Numbered from the stretch's first letter, positions 1 through 9,157 are shown. The stretch is 62,215 bases of DNA from Gammaproteobacteria bacterium (GCA_031424095.1 JANPGU010000181.1:1-62215), one strand, 5' to 3'. Translations and numbers: made by a program. Notes: generated by a model from the sequence alone, not told the origin.

Positions 1-1310
1 CCGCCTGCAGCAGCAGCCGCAGGAAATCCGAATCCGAGCCCAGCGCATTGTGCGAACCGATCAGTTCCGCGTAGAAGGCGCGACTGAACAGTGACTCGCC
101 CAGGAATCCTTCCGGCACGGAAGCAATGGCGATGCCGGGCACCAGCAGGTTGCTGACCAGCCTGGTTTCACCGTCATCGGTGGTGGTGTGGGTGGCGGAA
201 AGCGAGGTCACGGTCTGCCATCGGCCATACACGCGCGTGACCGAAGGCCTGAGCGTGCTCTCGTTGGTATCCAGGTCGCTGAGCTCCTCGAACTCATTGA
301 TGCCTTCGATCGAGAATTTTTCCAGGGCTGGATCGCCAATGGGGATGTCATAGCGCGAGTTCACCCGCCGCGTGCTGGCGGATGCCTTCAACTCGAAGCG
401 CAGGCGATGGCCGCGATCATTGACGCGCGTATTGGTCCAGCCCAGCGTGCCGCGTATGCCAGTGTCGGTGCCGTAGCCGCCGCCCAGCGCCAGCTGCCAG
501 CGGCTCTTGGTGGCCGTGATGCGCACCGGCACCGTCAGCATCTGCGCATCGGGTGTCCCAGGCTCCACATCGACCGCCGCAAAATACAGGCTGTCGTCGA
601 GTGCAAACTGGGTACGCAGCAGTTCTGTGGAACTGTAGAAATCGCCTTCACGAAAGCGCAGGAAGCGCTGCATCAGCGACGGCCGGATGAGGTTCTGCTC
701 GATCTCGATATGGCCGAAGCGGTAGCGCGGACCGGTGTCGAGCAGCAGCGTGATGCTGGCCGTGTGTCCGGCGGCATCCACCAGCATCTCGTTCTTCAGC
801 AGCCGCGCTGCGAGATAGCCGTTGGCCGCCGCGGCGCGGGTCAGTTCACCTTTCAGTTCTTCATAGGAACGGTGATAAAGGCGCATGCCGGAACGAACCA
901 GTGTCTGGTTACGGATCGGCTCGAAGGCGACATCGTCGGCGCCCGGGCCTTGCACCTTGATGCTGAGCTCGCGGATGCGCACCGGCGTGCCGGGGTTGAT
1001 GCGCACGTCGAAGTGCCAGTCCTTGCCCTCGGCGCGGAATTCGGACATCACCTCGGGTTCGTAATAGCCGAATGGCCGCAGCGCATCTTTCACTTCGCCA
1101 TCGATGCGGTTGAACAGCCGCCGCGCGGTGTCCTCGTCCACCACCTTCTGGTCGCGATAGCGCTCGGCGCTGAGCCGCGCCATCACATTCGCATGGGTCT
1201 CGCCTTCCACGCCCACGACGGTGACCTTGATGTCCGCAGTGGCGAGACAAGGCGCAAGGAACAGGGCTGCCGCGAGCAGCCAGTGTCGTGCGCGGGCCTT
1301 AGCCGCCATG
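1..1310 (-). CDS. tamA: Outer-membrane translocation/assembly module protein TamA (Omp85 family); 3' end lies beyond the left window edge
   Basis: Absent from the ORF track because it has no stop in the window. My translation from ATG at 1310 gives MAAKARARHWLLAAALFLAPCLATADIKVTVVGVEGE..., with a signal peptide and POTRA-like repeats. GPRYRFGHIEIE aligns with E. coli TamA GERYRFGHV, followed by the start of the beta-barrel (GGGYGTDTGIRG). Confidence 0.75.
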
Positions 1311-2198
1311 ATTCAGCCAGTGCTCGATCAGGCGCAGCGAAATGGCTTCGCGCGGTGGCAATGACACCACGCCACGGCGCAGTTCCTCACGCGAGAACCA
1401 GCGCGCGTCCTCCAGCTCGCCATCGCGCATCACGGGTTGGGCGTGCGTGGCCAGAGCCACGAAACCCAGCATCAGTGACGAGGGGAAAGGCCATGGTTGC
1501 GAGGAATGGTAGGCAACGCCGTGCGTGGTAACGCCGGTTTCCTCGTAGACCTCACGGCGCACCGCATCCTCGAGCGATTCCCCAGGCTCGACGAAGCCCG
1601 CAATCGTGGAATAGCGGCCGGCAGGCCAGCTGGCCTGCCGGCCCAGCAGTGCACGCACGCCGTCATGCACCAGCACGATGACGGCGGGGTCCAGACGCGG
1701 AAAGCTCTGGAAGCCGCAGGAGGGACACAGCCGCGCGTGACCCGCGCGCGTGGCCTGGTTCGCGGTGCCGCAGCGACTGCAGAAGCGATGATTGGCACGC
1801 CAGAGATTGAGCGCGCGCGCATAGGCCAGCAGGCTGGCCTCGGTGGCGGGCAGTTCGGAAGCCAGTGGCCGCAGCTCGGCAAAGGTTTCGCCGGCCTGTT
1901 CGATCGCCAGCGCAGGTTCCAGATCGACCAGCACGCAGCGCTGTTCCTGGTACCAGCCCAGCAGCACCATGCGCTCCGGGTCGTCGCTGGCTCTGATGCG
2001 CGCGTCGGTGCCGGAGAGGAATGCCACGCGCGTGGCGCCCCCAGCGCCGGCATGGACCAGCGCCGCGCTGTGCCGCATGCCTATATAGAGGGTGCCCGCA
2101 TCGCCCCGGGCTTCTGCCAGCCAATCATCGCTGAGACGCGCTTCCGCGCGCCGGTCGAGGTACGCGCCGGCAAACAGGTTTTCTGGGGACATTTTCAA
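1299..2198 (-). CDS. nudC: NADH pyrophosphatase (Nudix hydrolase NudC)
   Basis: Nudix box GFVEPGESLEDAVRREVYEETGV plus a C4 zinc ribbon (CSRCG...CPSCG). Size and layout are typical of NudC. The stop overlaps the tamA start by 12 nt. Confidence 0.85.
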   Translation of the reverse strand: MKMSPENLFAGAYLDRRAEARLSDDWLAEARGDAGTLYIGMRHSAALVHAGAGGATRVAFLSGTDARIRASDDPERMVLLGWYQEQRCVLVDLEPALAIEQAGETFAELRPLASELPATEASLLAYARALNLWRANHRFCSRCGTANQATRAGHARLCPSCGFQSFPRLDPAVIVLVHDGVRALLGRQASWPAGRYSTIAGFVEPGESLEDAVRREVYEETGVTTHGVAYHSSQPWPFPSSLMLGFVALATHAQPVMRDGELEDARWFSREELRRGVVSLPPREAISLRLIEHWLNHGG

Positions 2199-2253
2199 AG
2201 GGGATCATAACAATGCCGACCCCAACGGCGGCTGAATAAGCGCGCGGGACGCC

Positions 2254-2317
2254 GTCAGGCGTCCAGCGGCAATCGTTCCTGGCGCGATTCTTCGCAGGCC
2301 AGGCAGCGGCGCGCATG
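2254..2317. repeat. Left copy of a 64-bp direct repeat; a duplicated fragment of the flhC-like gene 3' end
   Basis: gtcaggcGtccagcggcaaTcgTTcctggcgcgattcTtcgcaggccaggcagcggcgcgcatg matches 3532-3595 at 59 of 64 positions by hand alignment. On the minus strand it still reads HARRCLACEESRQERLPLDA-stop. Confidence 0.85.
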
Positions 2318-2414
2318 CTGGCCAGACCCCTTGATTGGATAACTCTGAGTGACCGCCGTCAGATAATCTGCCCCACTCGGGAATGTCCGTCCGCGATTCA
2401 GGGCATTCAAAGGG

Positions 2415-3476
2415 GTGGCATTGCTTTCGGTCCTGCAAGTTTACAGGGGCTTCGCTGCACTCCTGGTCGTACTCATGCACGCAGGCATTATGGTCGCTGT
2501 GTACGGGGACAGTACTGATCTCATGAGGATCTTCGCTTTCGGCAGCGCGGGAGTGCAGTTTTTCTTCGTTCTCAGTGGCTTCATCATCTACTACGTTCAC
2601 CACGGCGACGTGGGGACGGGCAAGGTTTTGCCTTACCTGCAGAAGCGCGTTGTTCGCATCTATCCGGTCTACATCCTGGTTACGCTCGCACTCGCGCCAT
2701 TCTGGCTGTTCGTTCCGTCATGGGGTGAGCCGTACCACAAATCAATCTCTGCGCTGGTGCTGAGTCTTCTTCTCCTGCCCCAGGATCACGAACCCCACCT
2801 CATCGTTGCGTGGACTCTTATCCACGAGATGATGTTTTATCTCGTCTTTGCGACATTGGTGATGAGCCGGATTGCTGGCCGCGTTTCTCTCGCGATGTGG
2901 TTTTCCGTGATTCTCGCCGCGAACATCCTCCTTGGCTGGGATCTCGCCTTCCCGGCGTCACATGTGCTGTCGGTCAACAATCTGCTCTTTGCTCTGGGTA
3001 TGTTCGCCGCCTGGGTTGTACTGCGGATGAAGCCCAGGCTTCCGGCTGGCGGGTTTCTTGCTGGCAACTTGCTGTTCCTGGCAACCGGCGCAGTGTGGAG
3101 TTGGCAGGGAGAACTATCCGAGCCGCATCGTGCAGCGCTGATCCTGTTCTTCGGTCTCGCTTCCTTCCTGATTGTCCTGTATGCGACGCAGCCCGCTCTG
3201 AATGAGCGCTTCCGACGCTATCGGTTCCCGCTTTTGCTTGGCGATGCGTCTTATTCGATCTACCTCATTCACAATCCGGCAATGGCGCTGGCCTCCAAAT
3301 TGTTTGTGCTGACCGGAATGGCGTTACCGAACCTGATTTTGTTCGTTTCCCTCATCATTATCGCGACGGGCGCTGGCGTAGTGCTTCATCTGTGCATCGA
3401 AAAGCCACTGTTGGCCTCTATTCGAGCGCGAATCTCGGCTCCTCCGGTGGGGCGAATGCAGGCGCCCTCGGGTTGA
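2415..3476 (+). CDS. Acyltransferase family 3 (OafA/NolL-like) integral membrane O-acyltransferase
   Basis: Multi-TM protein with the N-terminal RGFAALLVVLMH and FFFVLSGFII motifs typical of the acyltransferase_3 family. G+C is visibly lower than the flanks. The start may be TTG 2421, which is better spaced from AAAGGGG. Confidence 0.8.
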   Translation: MALLSVLQVYRGFAALLVVLMHAGIMVAVYGDSTDLMRIFAFGSAGVQFFFVLSGFIIYYVHHGDVGTGKVLPYLQKRVVRIYPVYILVTLALAPFWLFVPSWGEPYHKSISALVLSLLLLPQDHEPHLIVAWTLIHEMMFYLVFATLVMSRIAGRVSLAMWFSVILAANILLGWDLAFPASHVLSVNNLLFALGMFAAWVVLRMKPRLPAGGFLAGNLLFLATGAVWSWQGELSEPHRAALILFFGLASFLIVLYATQPALNERFRRYRFPLLLGDASYSIYLIHNPAMALASKLFVLTGMALPNLILFVSLIIIATGAGVVLHLCIEKPLLASIRARISAPPVGRMQAPSG

Positions 3477-3531
3477 CCGACCGGCGAAACCTTCGCCGAG
3501 CTGCTGTACCTGGCCAGGCGCGCTCGGAGGT

Positions 3532-3595
3532 TGTCAGGCATCCAGCGGCAACCGCCCCTGGCGCGATTCCTCGCAGGCCAGGCAGCGGCGCGCAT
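3532..3595. repeat. Right copy of the 64-bp direct repeat; the functional 3' end of the flhC-like gene
   Basis: See 2254-2317. This copy encodes the real C-terminus HARRCLACEESRQGRLPLDA-stop. Confidence 0.85.
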
Positions 3596-4103
3596 GACCC
3601 GCATAACGGTCCACCACGATCAGGCCGGTGCAATCGGTGCATAGCGTGGCATACAGTTCATCGCCGCGGGCCAGTGCGGTGACCAGAAAGACCGCGTGTT
3701 CGAAGCTGATGCGCGGCGCGGGCACCAGCCGGCGATAGGTTTCGAAGGCTTCGCACAAGGCTTCGCCGCGCTGCATGCCGGGCAGGCTGCGCTGCGCATC
3801 GGCCACGTGGTTCGCCGGCATCACACCCAGCAAATAGCAGACGCTCGCCAGCACCGCGGTTTCCTGCCGCATGTGCGGCGTGCGGATGAAGAAGGTGGCC
3901 TGCTGCGGCGACTTGCCCCGATGGCGCGCCGGATTCGGGCCGCCGTCATCGCAGATGTATGAACGATACAGCTTGCGGATGCGATCGTCGGTGAGGCCGG
4001 TCCAGGTGCGGATGGTGCGCGTGCGCGCTTCGTGCTGGATGAAACGCAGGGCCAGATCGAAGCGTTGCCGATCACGACTGTAGCGGTCGTCGGAGATTCT
4101 CAT
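3534..4103 (-). CDS. FlhC-family transcriptional activator homologue (orphan; no flhD adjacent)
   Basis: 189 aa, the size of FlhC. Blocks align by eye with E. coli FlhC: LALRFIQHEARTRTIRTWTGLTDDRIRKLYRSY vs [33 protein letters not shown], and the C-terminal zinc cluster CTDC...14 aa...CLAC vs CNCC...CSLC. RBS AGGAAAAACAACA precedes the ATG. Confidence 0.6.
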   Translation of the reverse strand: MRISDDRYSRDRQRFDLALRFIQHEARTRTIRTWTGLTDDRIRKLYRSYICDDGGPNPARHRGKSPQQATFFIRTPHMRQETAVLASVCYLLGVMPANHVADAQRSLPGMQRGEALCEAFETYRRLVPAPRISFEHAVFLVTALARGDELYATLCTDCTGLIVVDRYAGHARRCLACEESRQGRLPLDA

Positions 4104-4147
4104 TGTTGTTTTTCCTGCTTCGTGCGAAATATGAGCGTAATTCAGAA

Positions 4148-4165
4148 TTGGGAAAATAATCCCAA
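4148..4165. promoter_or_regulatory. Perfect inverted repeat TTGGGA-N6-TCCCAA in an AT-rich divergent promoter region
   Basis: ttgggaaaataatcccaa lies in the 124-bp AT-rich spacer (4104-4227) between the flhC-like gene and the divergent 4228 gene. It is a candidate operator. Confidence 0.3.
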
Positions 4166-4227
4166 ATTTGAAACTTTAATAAAATGGTCCAGCGAGGGAC
4201 TATGTCGCCTGAACAGGGAGGAATGAC

Positions 4228-4896
4228 ATGGCAGGGCAAATGGTGGGCGCAGTGGGGCATCAGTGGCTGGCGGGGCACTGGCTCGCAGACGGATCGCTGG
4301 ATTCCGTGGTCGAAATCAACATGCAGTGTCTGGAATACCTGGGCGCCATGGCGGCAACTGCAGCGGCGTCCAGCCCGGCTGCGATCGCACAGCAGGGCGG
4401 CTGGCGCGACCTGACCGCCGGCGCACGGGCTGCGCTTGCAGCCAGTCCCTATCTGCTGGCCGACGCCGGCTTCGACGACGCAGCGCGCTGGCAGGCCATG
4501 GAGCAGCGCATGGTCAACGACCTGCCGCTGTCACACACCGAGCCGGTGTTCGTCGGTCAAGGCGCTGGCGATTTCATCCGCCGGGTGCTGGTATTCGGCT
4601 GGCACCTGGCGCGCGCCAACCGGCAGCTGGCCCGGGTGGTGCTGGGCATGTCGCCGGACGTGGCCGCGCGCATTGCGGCGCTGCGGCTGCAGGATCTGGA
4701 CTGGCTGGCGCTGCATCGCCCGGGTTGGGTGCGGCCCCGCTGGGAAAAACAGCCACGCGTCTGGCGGCATTTGCTGCTCGCCGCGCGCGATCCGGATCAC
4801 GGGCACCTCACCCAGGTCAGCCTGCGTGGCCTGCAACTGATGGCGGCCAATGTGCTGGGGCCAGAGGGCGCAGCCGCCCGTCAACGCCGGGGCTGA
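4228..4896 (+). CDS. Hypothetical protein (222 aa), divergent partner of the FlhC-like gene
   Basis: Balanced amino-acid composition, in contrast to the R/A/G-rich overlapping frame 4263..4907. Strong RBS GGGAGGA 5 nt upstream of the ATG. I recognise no family. Confidence 0.5.
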   Translation: MAGQMVGAVGHQWLAGHWLADGSLDSVVEINMQCLEYLGAMAATAAASSPAAIAQQGGWRDLTAGARAALAASPYLLADAGFDDAARWQAMEQRMVNDLPLSHTEPVFVGQGAGDFIRRVLVFGWHLARANRQLARVVLGMSPDVAARIAALRLQDLDWLALHRPGWVRPRWEKQPRVWRHLLLAARDPDHGHLTQVSLRGLQLMAANVLGPEGAAARQRRG

Positions 4897-4952
4897 CCCG
4901 TTTATAGTGCGGCGCTGTGTCTGGCGGGAAATTCAAGAAAAGGGGGCAGGCC

Positions 4953-6197
4953 ATGCATCGCAGATGCGCGCGGATCATTCTTCTTCTGGCCGTGACGTCG
5001 GCCGCCTGGGCGCAGCAGCCGCCGCCAGCCGCGATCCCGCCGACCGTGCTGTCGCAGCCCTCGTATGTATTCGACTCCGGCGAGCAGCATCGCCTGCGCG
5101 TAGTGGTGGTGGCCAAAGGCCTGGTGCATCCGTTTGCGCAGGCACTGCTGCCCAATGGCGATGCGCTGGTCAGCGAGCGCGGCGGCAAGCTGCGTCTGGT
5201 CCGTAATGTGGTCGGCGCGGCGGGTCGTCCCACGGTGGTCGAGCCGCAGGAAGTAACGGGCCTGCCCGTCATCGAGAAGCCCTACCGCAACTCCGGCCTG
5301 CACGATCTGGCGCTGCATCCGCGCTTTGCCGACAACCAGCTGGTGTATTTCACCTTCAACAAGCCCGGTAATACGCCTGCGCCGGCCGCTGCGGGCGCCG
5401 CACCAGCCCGGCAATTGAGCAGCCTGTCGGTGATGCGTGGGCGTTTCAACGGCAGCGCATTGACCGATGTGCAGGAGATCTTCCTCGGCAAGGCGGCTGG
5501 CACCAGCGGTTCGCGCCTCACCTTTGGCAGGGACGGCCTGCTCTACATCATCATCGGCGCCGCCGCGGGCGATGAAGCGCAGCGCATGGAGAACACCATC
5601 GGCAAGGTGCTGCGCGTGCGCGATGACGGCACCATTCCTGCAGACAATCCCTTCGTCGGCAAGACGGATGTTTCGCCGGCGGTATTCACGCTCGGGCATC
5701 GCGATCCGCTGGGGCTGACGGTGAATCCGGTCACCGGTGCCGTGCTGGCTGCGGAGCATGGGCCAAATGGTGGGGATGAATTGAACCTCATCCTTGCAGG
5801 CAAGAATTACGGCTGGCCGCGCGTGACCTTCGGTCACGGCTACGATGGCGCCGTGCTGTCCGAGTCGCCGGTAGCGCCGGATGTCACCGCACCGCTGGTG
5901 GTGTGGCTGCCGTCCATCGGTCCGTCCGGGCTGCTGGTCTACACGGGCGACCGTTTTGCCAACTGGAAGAACAATGTCTTCGTGGGTAGCGTGCGGCGCG
6001 GCGAGATTCCCGGCACCGGCGGCCTGGAGCGGGTGGTGCTCAACGACAAGCTGCAGGAGTTGCGGCGCGAAACCCTGCTCACGGACCTGCATCAGCGCAT
6101 CCGTGATGTGCGGCAGGGAGCGGATGGCCTGATCTATGTGCTTACTGACGAGCAGGACGGTGCATTGCTGAGGCTGGAGCCGGATTCAGCGCGTTAG
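4953..6197 (+). CDS. PQQ-dependent sugar dehydrogenase (soluble aldose dehydrogenase YliI/Asd-like), secreted
   Basis: Motifs GLHDLALHPRF, GRDGLLYIIIG, PADNPF, GHRDPLGL and GGDELNLILAGKNYGWP are typical of the GSDH beta-propeller family. I set the start at ATG 4953 (MHRRCARIILLLAVTSAAWA signal peptide; RBS AAAAGGGGG). Confidence 0.85.
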   Translation: MHRRCARIILLLAVTSAAWAQQPPPAAIPPTVLSQPSYVFDSGEQHRLRVVVVAKGLVHPFAQALLPNGDALVSERGGKLRLVRNVVGAAGRPTVVEPQEVTGLPVIEKPYRNSGLHDLALHPRFADNQLVYFTFNKPGNTPAPAAAGAAPARQLSSLSVMRGRFNGSALTDVQEIFLGKAAGTSGSRLTFGRDGLLYIIIGAAAGDEAQRMENTIGKVLRVRDDGTIPADNPFVGKTDVSPAVFTLGHRDPLGLTVNPVTGAVLAAEHGPNGGDELNLILAGKNYGWPRVTFGHGYDGAVLSESPVAPDVTAPLVVWLPSIGPSGLLVYTGDRFANWKNNVFVGSVRRGEIPGTGGLERVVLNDKLQELRRETLLTDLHQRIRDVRQGADGLIYVLTDEQDGALLRLEPDSAR

Positions 6198-6249
6198 GAG
6201 TTCCGGCAGAAAGAAAAATCCGCTATATTCTCTCCAGAAAGGAGATGAT

Positions 6250-6630
6250 ATGGGTGCGTTGCAACAAATCGATGCTTCACCGAACCCTTCGACCACGCTG
6301 ACGAAGGCCGTGGTGCGGGCCGCCGGCTTCCTGGGTCTGACGCAGGCGGCGCTGGCCGATGTACTGGGCGTCAGTGGCGCCACCGCGTCCCGGCTGGTGG
6401 GCGGCAACTATGCCCTGCAGCCGGCGCGCAAGCGGGAATGGGAATTCGCGCTGCTGTTCGTGCGGCTGTACCGCTCGCTCGATGCCATCGTCGGCACCGA
6501 CCGCGATGCGCAGACCTGGCTGCGCAACGAGAACCGGGCGCTTGGCGCGCGGCCCTGCGACCTGATGCGCACTGCCGAAGGACTGGTACGTGTCCTCCAC
6601 TACCTGGACGCCAGCCGCAGTCACGGCTGA
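6250..6630 (+). CDS. Xre/ParS/MbcA-type antitoxin (HTH plus DUF2384 toxin-binding domain)
   Basis: HTH segment LGLTQAALADVLGVSGATASRL. The C-terminal WLRNENRALGARPCDLMRTAEGLVRVLHYLD is typical of antitoxins paired with RES toxins. RBS AAAGGAG is present. Confidence 0.8.
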   Translation: MGALQQIDASPNPSTTLTKAVVRAAGFLGLTQAALADVLGVSGATASRLVGGNYALQPARKREWEFALLFVRLYRSLDAIVGTDRDAQTWLRNENRALGARPCDLMRTAEGLVRVLHYLDASRSHG

Positions 6631-7312
6631 CGGCAGGCCGTGGCAGGGCAGGCTGTGGCGCGCGGTCGAAGCGCAGCACCGCGTGTCCACGCTGCGGCTG
6701 GTCGACACGCTGCGCGAACAGGCGCAGCTGGAACAACTGCTCGAAACATCCAAGCCTGCTTTGCCTGCCACGGCGGCGCCGCGGCATTACCTGCTGGTCA
6801 CGCCATTCCGCTATCCCTCGCATCATCCGGGCGGCTCGCGCTTCCGCTCGGCCACCGATGCGGGTGTGTTTTATGGCGCTGATGAACGGCGCACCGCCTG
6901 CGCCGAGCTGGGCTACTGGCGCTGGCGTTTCCTGCAGGACAGCCCGTCGCTGCTGCGGCTGGAATCGCTGCCGCACACGCTGTTCCAGGCCGAAATCGCG
7001 GCGCTCTCCATAGATCTGACTCGCGCCCCTTTCGTCCGCGATGCCGCAGGGTGGACCGCCGCCAACGACTATTCCGCCTGCCAGCAGCTGGGCACCACTG
7101 CCCGCGCCGCCAATATCGAGGCAATCCGTTACCAGTCCGTACGCGACCCCGAAGCCGGCCTGTGCACGGCAGTGCTGACGCCCGCGGCATTTACCGCCAC
7201 CGCACTGGTGGAACAGACGTGGCGGCTGGCTGTGACGCGCGCGCGCGTCCAGTGGCAGCGCGACTCCGTGCTGCAGCCCGAGAGCTTCGAGTTCGAGGCC
7301 TTGTACGGCTAG
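6590..7312 (+). CDS. RES-domain toxin (NAD+-targeting ParT/MbcT family)
   Basis: LWRAVEAQHRVST, SRFRSATDAGVFYGADERRTACAELGYW and IRYQSVRD supply the R/E/S signature. It overlaps the antitoxin 3' end, and the exact GTG start is uncertain. Confidence 0.8.
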   Translation: MSSTTWTPAAVTADGRPWQGRLWRAVEAQHRVSTLRLVDTLREQAQLEQLLETSKPALPATAAPRHYLLVTPFRYPSHHPGGSRFRSATDAGVFYGADERRTACAELGYWRWRFLQDSPSLLRLESLPHTLFQAEIAALSIDLTRAPFVRDAAGWTAANDYSACQQLGTTARAANIEAIRYQSVRDPEAGLCTAVLTPAAFTATALVEQTWRLAVTRARVQWQRDSVLQPESFEFEALYG

Positions 7313-7315
7313 ACT

Positions 7316-7774
7316 TTGGCGCCATACAGGCCTTCACTGGATGGAGAAATCGCGTTGCTGCAGCCCTTTCATCTCGCCGTTCCCGTCACCGATCTGACCG
7401 AGGCCCGCAGGTTCTACGGCGAACTGCTGGGTTGCCCGGAAGGCCGCAGCTCGTCCGAGTGGGTGGACTTCGACCTGTTCGGTCACCAGCTCGTGGTACA
7501 TCTCGATCACGGCGACGCCACCCGCAAACCGGTCCACAACGCAGTGGATGGCAAGGACGTGCCCGTGCCGCATTTCGGCGTGGTGCTGGAATGGGATCGC
7601 TGGCATCAACTCGCCGATAAACTGAAGCGCGCCGGCGTCCCGTTCGGCATCGAGCCCGGCATCCGTTTTCAGGGGCAGGTGGGCGAGCAGGCCACCATGT
7701 TCTTCCAGGACCCCAGCGGCAATGCGCTGGAGTTCAAGGCCTTCCGCGACCTGTCGCAGCTGTTTGCCAAGTAG
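7316..7774 (+). CDS. VOC (glyoxalase/bleomycin-resistance/dioxygenase) family protein
   Basis: [23 protein letters not shown]...FGHQLVVHL...HFGVVL...[12 protein letters not shown] is the typical paired beta-alpha-beta-beta-beta VOC pattern. The start may be TTG 7355. Confidence 0.75.
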   Translation: MAPYRPSLDGEIALLQPFHLAVPVTDLTEARRFYGELLGCPEGRSSSEWVDFDLFGHQLVVHLDHGDATRKPVHNAVDGKDVPVPHFGVVLEWDRWHQLADKLKRAGVPFGIEPGIRFQGQVGEQATMFFQDPSGNALEFKAFRDLSQLFAK

Positions 7775-7793
7775 CTTCCCCAATCCGGTTGCG

Positions 7794-8678
7794 GTGTTCC
7801 GTTCCGCCCGCCGCCGCGCCTGCGACGAGCGCGCCTTCGTGCTCACTGCTGTGGGCATCGACAGCGAGATCGAACTGGTTGGCGATGCCTATGTAGTGTG
7901 GGTCGACGCGGTGGCGCGCGCCCATGCCACGCATCATCTCTGGCAGTACGAGCAGGAACGCCAGGTCGTGCGCCCGCCGGAACCGGTGATGACCCTGCAG
8001 CCCCATGCCTGGTGGGGCGCGGTGATTTACACCATCGTGCTGCTGCTGGTGCCGCTGGCCGTGGCGCAGCTGTGGTTTACGCCCGATCTCTATGCCGTGG
8101 GCGTGATGAATCCCGAACGTATCCGCGGCGGTGAATGGTGGCGGGCCTGGACCGCGCTCACGCTGCACTGGGACGCGCCGCATCTGCTGGGCAACCTGGG
8201 CGCCGGCGGGCTGCTGGGATTCTCCGCCGCGCAGATCTGGGGCAATGCGCGGGCATGGCTGCTGATCGTCACGGCGGCAGCCGCGGCCAATCTGCTCGAA
8301 GCGGTCATGGCGCAGTCCCATTATCTGTCGGCGGGCGCATCCACCGCGGTTTTCGCGGCACTGGGATTGATCGCCGCCTACACCTGGCGCATGCGCCGCG
8401 TGCATGCGCAGGGTTCGATGCGGCGCTGGGTGCCGCTGGTGGCGGGCGTCGCCGTGCTGGCACTGTTCGGTGCCGGCGATGCGCAGGCAGAAGCCGGCAA
8501 TCACACCAATGTGCTGTCACATGCGCTGGGCTTCATCGTCGGCGCAATGCTGGGTGTTGCGGTTGCAACCGGCCGCGGGTCGAGGCTGCTGGAAGAGACG
8601 CCCCCCTGGCTTGCCACCGCGCTGGCGCTCGGTCCGGTGGTGGTCGCATGGGCACTGGCGCTGCGGGCGCCGGTGTAA
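7794..8678 (+). CDS. Rhomboid-family intramembrane serine protease
   Basis: WWRAWTALTLHWDAPHLLGNL and GASTAVFAALG (GxSxxxF catalytic Ser) plus a later H in a TM segment (NVLSHALGFIVG). I trimmed the start to GTG 7794, after the stop of the upstream gene; it is uncertain. Confidence 0.7.
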   Translation: MFRSARRRACDERAFVLTAVGIDSEIELVGDAYVVWVDAVARAHATHHLWQYEQERQVVRPPEPVMTLQPHAWWGAVIYTIVLLLVPLAVAQLWFTPDLYAVGVMNPERIRGGEWWRAWTALTLHWDAPHLLGNLGAGGLLGFSAAQIWGNARAWLLIVTAAAAANLLEAVMAQSHYLSAGASTAVFAALGLIAAYTWRMRRVHAQGSMRRWVPLVAGVAVLALFGAGDAQAEAGNHTNVLSHALGFIVGAMLGVAVATGRGSRLLEETPPWLATALALGPVVVAWALALRAPV

Positions 8679-8687
8679 AATCCCCTC

Positions 8688-9146
8688 ATGAGCCGTTATG
8701 AACTGGTCACCCACTGGCATCTGGATGCGCCCATCGGCGCGGTGTGGGATGCGCTGTACGACGTCGCGAGCTGGCCCAGGTGGTGGTCCTATGTGCTGGA
8801 CGTCGAGGAGCTGGTGCGTGGTGACGCGGCCGGCATCGGCGCAAAACGCCGCTTCACCTGGGGCAGCGCGCTGCCCTACCAGCTCGCCTTCACCATGGAG
8901 ACCACGCTGATACAGCGCCCCAGCAGAATGGAAGCGATCGCCGAAGGTCAATTGAACGGCGTGGGCCGCTGGACGCTGATGCAGCTCGGCGCCGCCACCG
9001 AGGTTCGCTACGACTGGGAAGTCACCACGGCGCGCGCGTGGATGAATGTGATGTCGCCGGTGCTCGGGCCGATGTTTCGCTGGAATCATGGCCTGGTGAT
9101 GGCCGACGGGCAGCAGGGCCTCGCGCGTTATCTCGCCGGCAAATAG
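8688..9146 (+). CDS. SRPBCC (START/polyketide cyclase-like) family protein
   Basis: 152 aa. N-terminal HWHLDAPIGAVWDALYDVASWPRWW is typical of the SRPBCC/cyclase-dehydrase fold. Confidence 0.65.
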   Translation: MSRYELVTHWHLDAPIGAVWDALYDVASWPRWWSYVLDVEELVRGDAAGIGAKRRFTWGSALPYQLAFTMETTLIQRPSRMEAIAEGQLNGVGRWTLMQLGAATEVRYDWEVTTARAWMNVMSPVLGPMFRWNHGLVMADGQQGLARYLAGK

Positions 9147-9157
9147 TTCCCTGCTTT

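Noticed and set aside
188-1531. 447-aa plus-strand ORF across the tamA/nudC region. Similar very long ORFs occur at 8517..10118(-), 13268..15007(-), 20320..21741(-), 35429..36571(+), 51074..52735(-) and 56408..59596(-).
   Set aside because: They are R/A/G/H/Q-rich with no recognisable motifs. They lie antisense or out of frame to genes with clear family signatures. This is the typical high-GC shadow-ORF artefact.
4263-4907. 214-aa ORF overlapping the 4228..4896 gene in another frame.
   Set aside because: It has extreme Arg/Ala/Gly content and no RBS. The 4228 frame has balanced composition and a strong GGGAGGA RBS.
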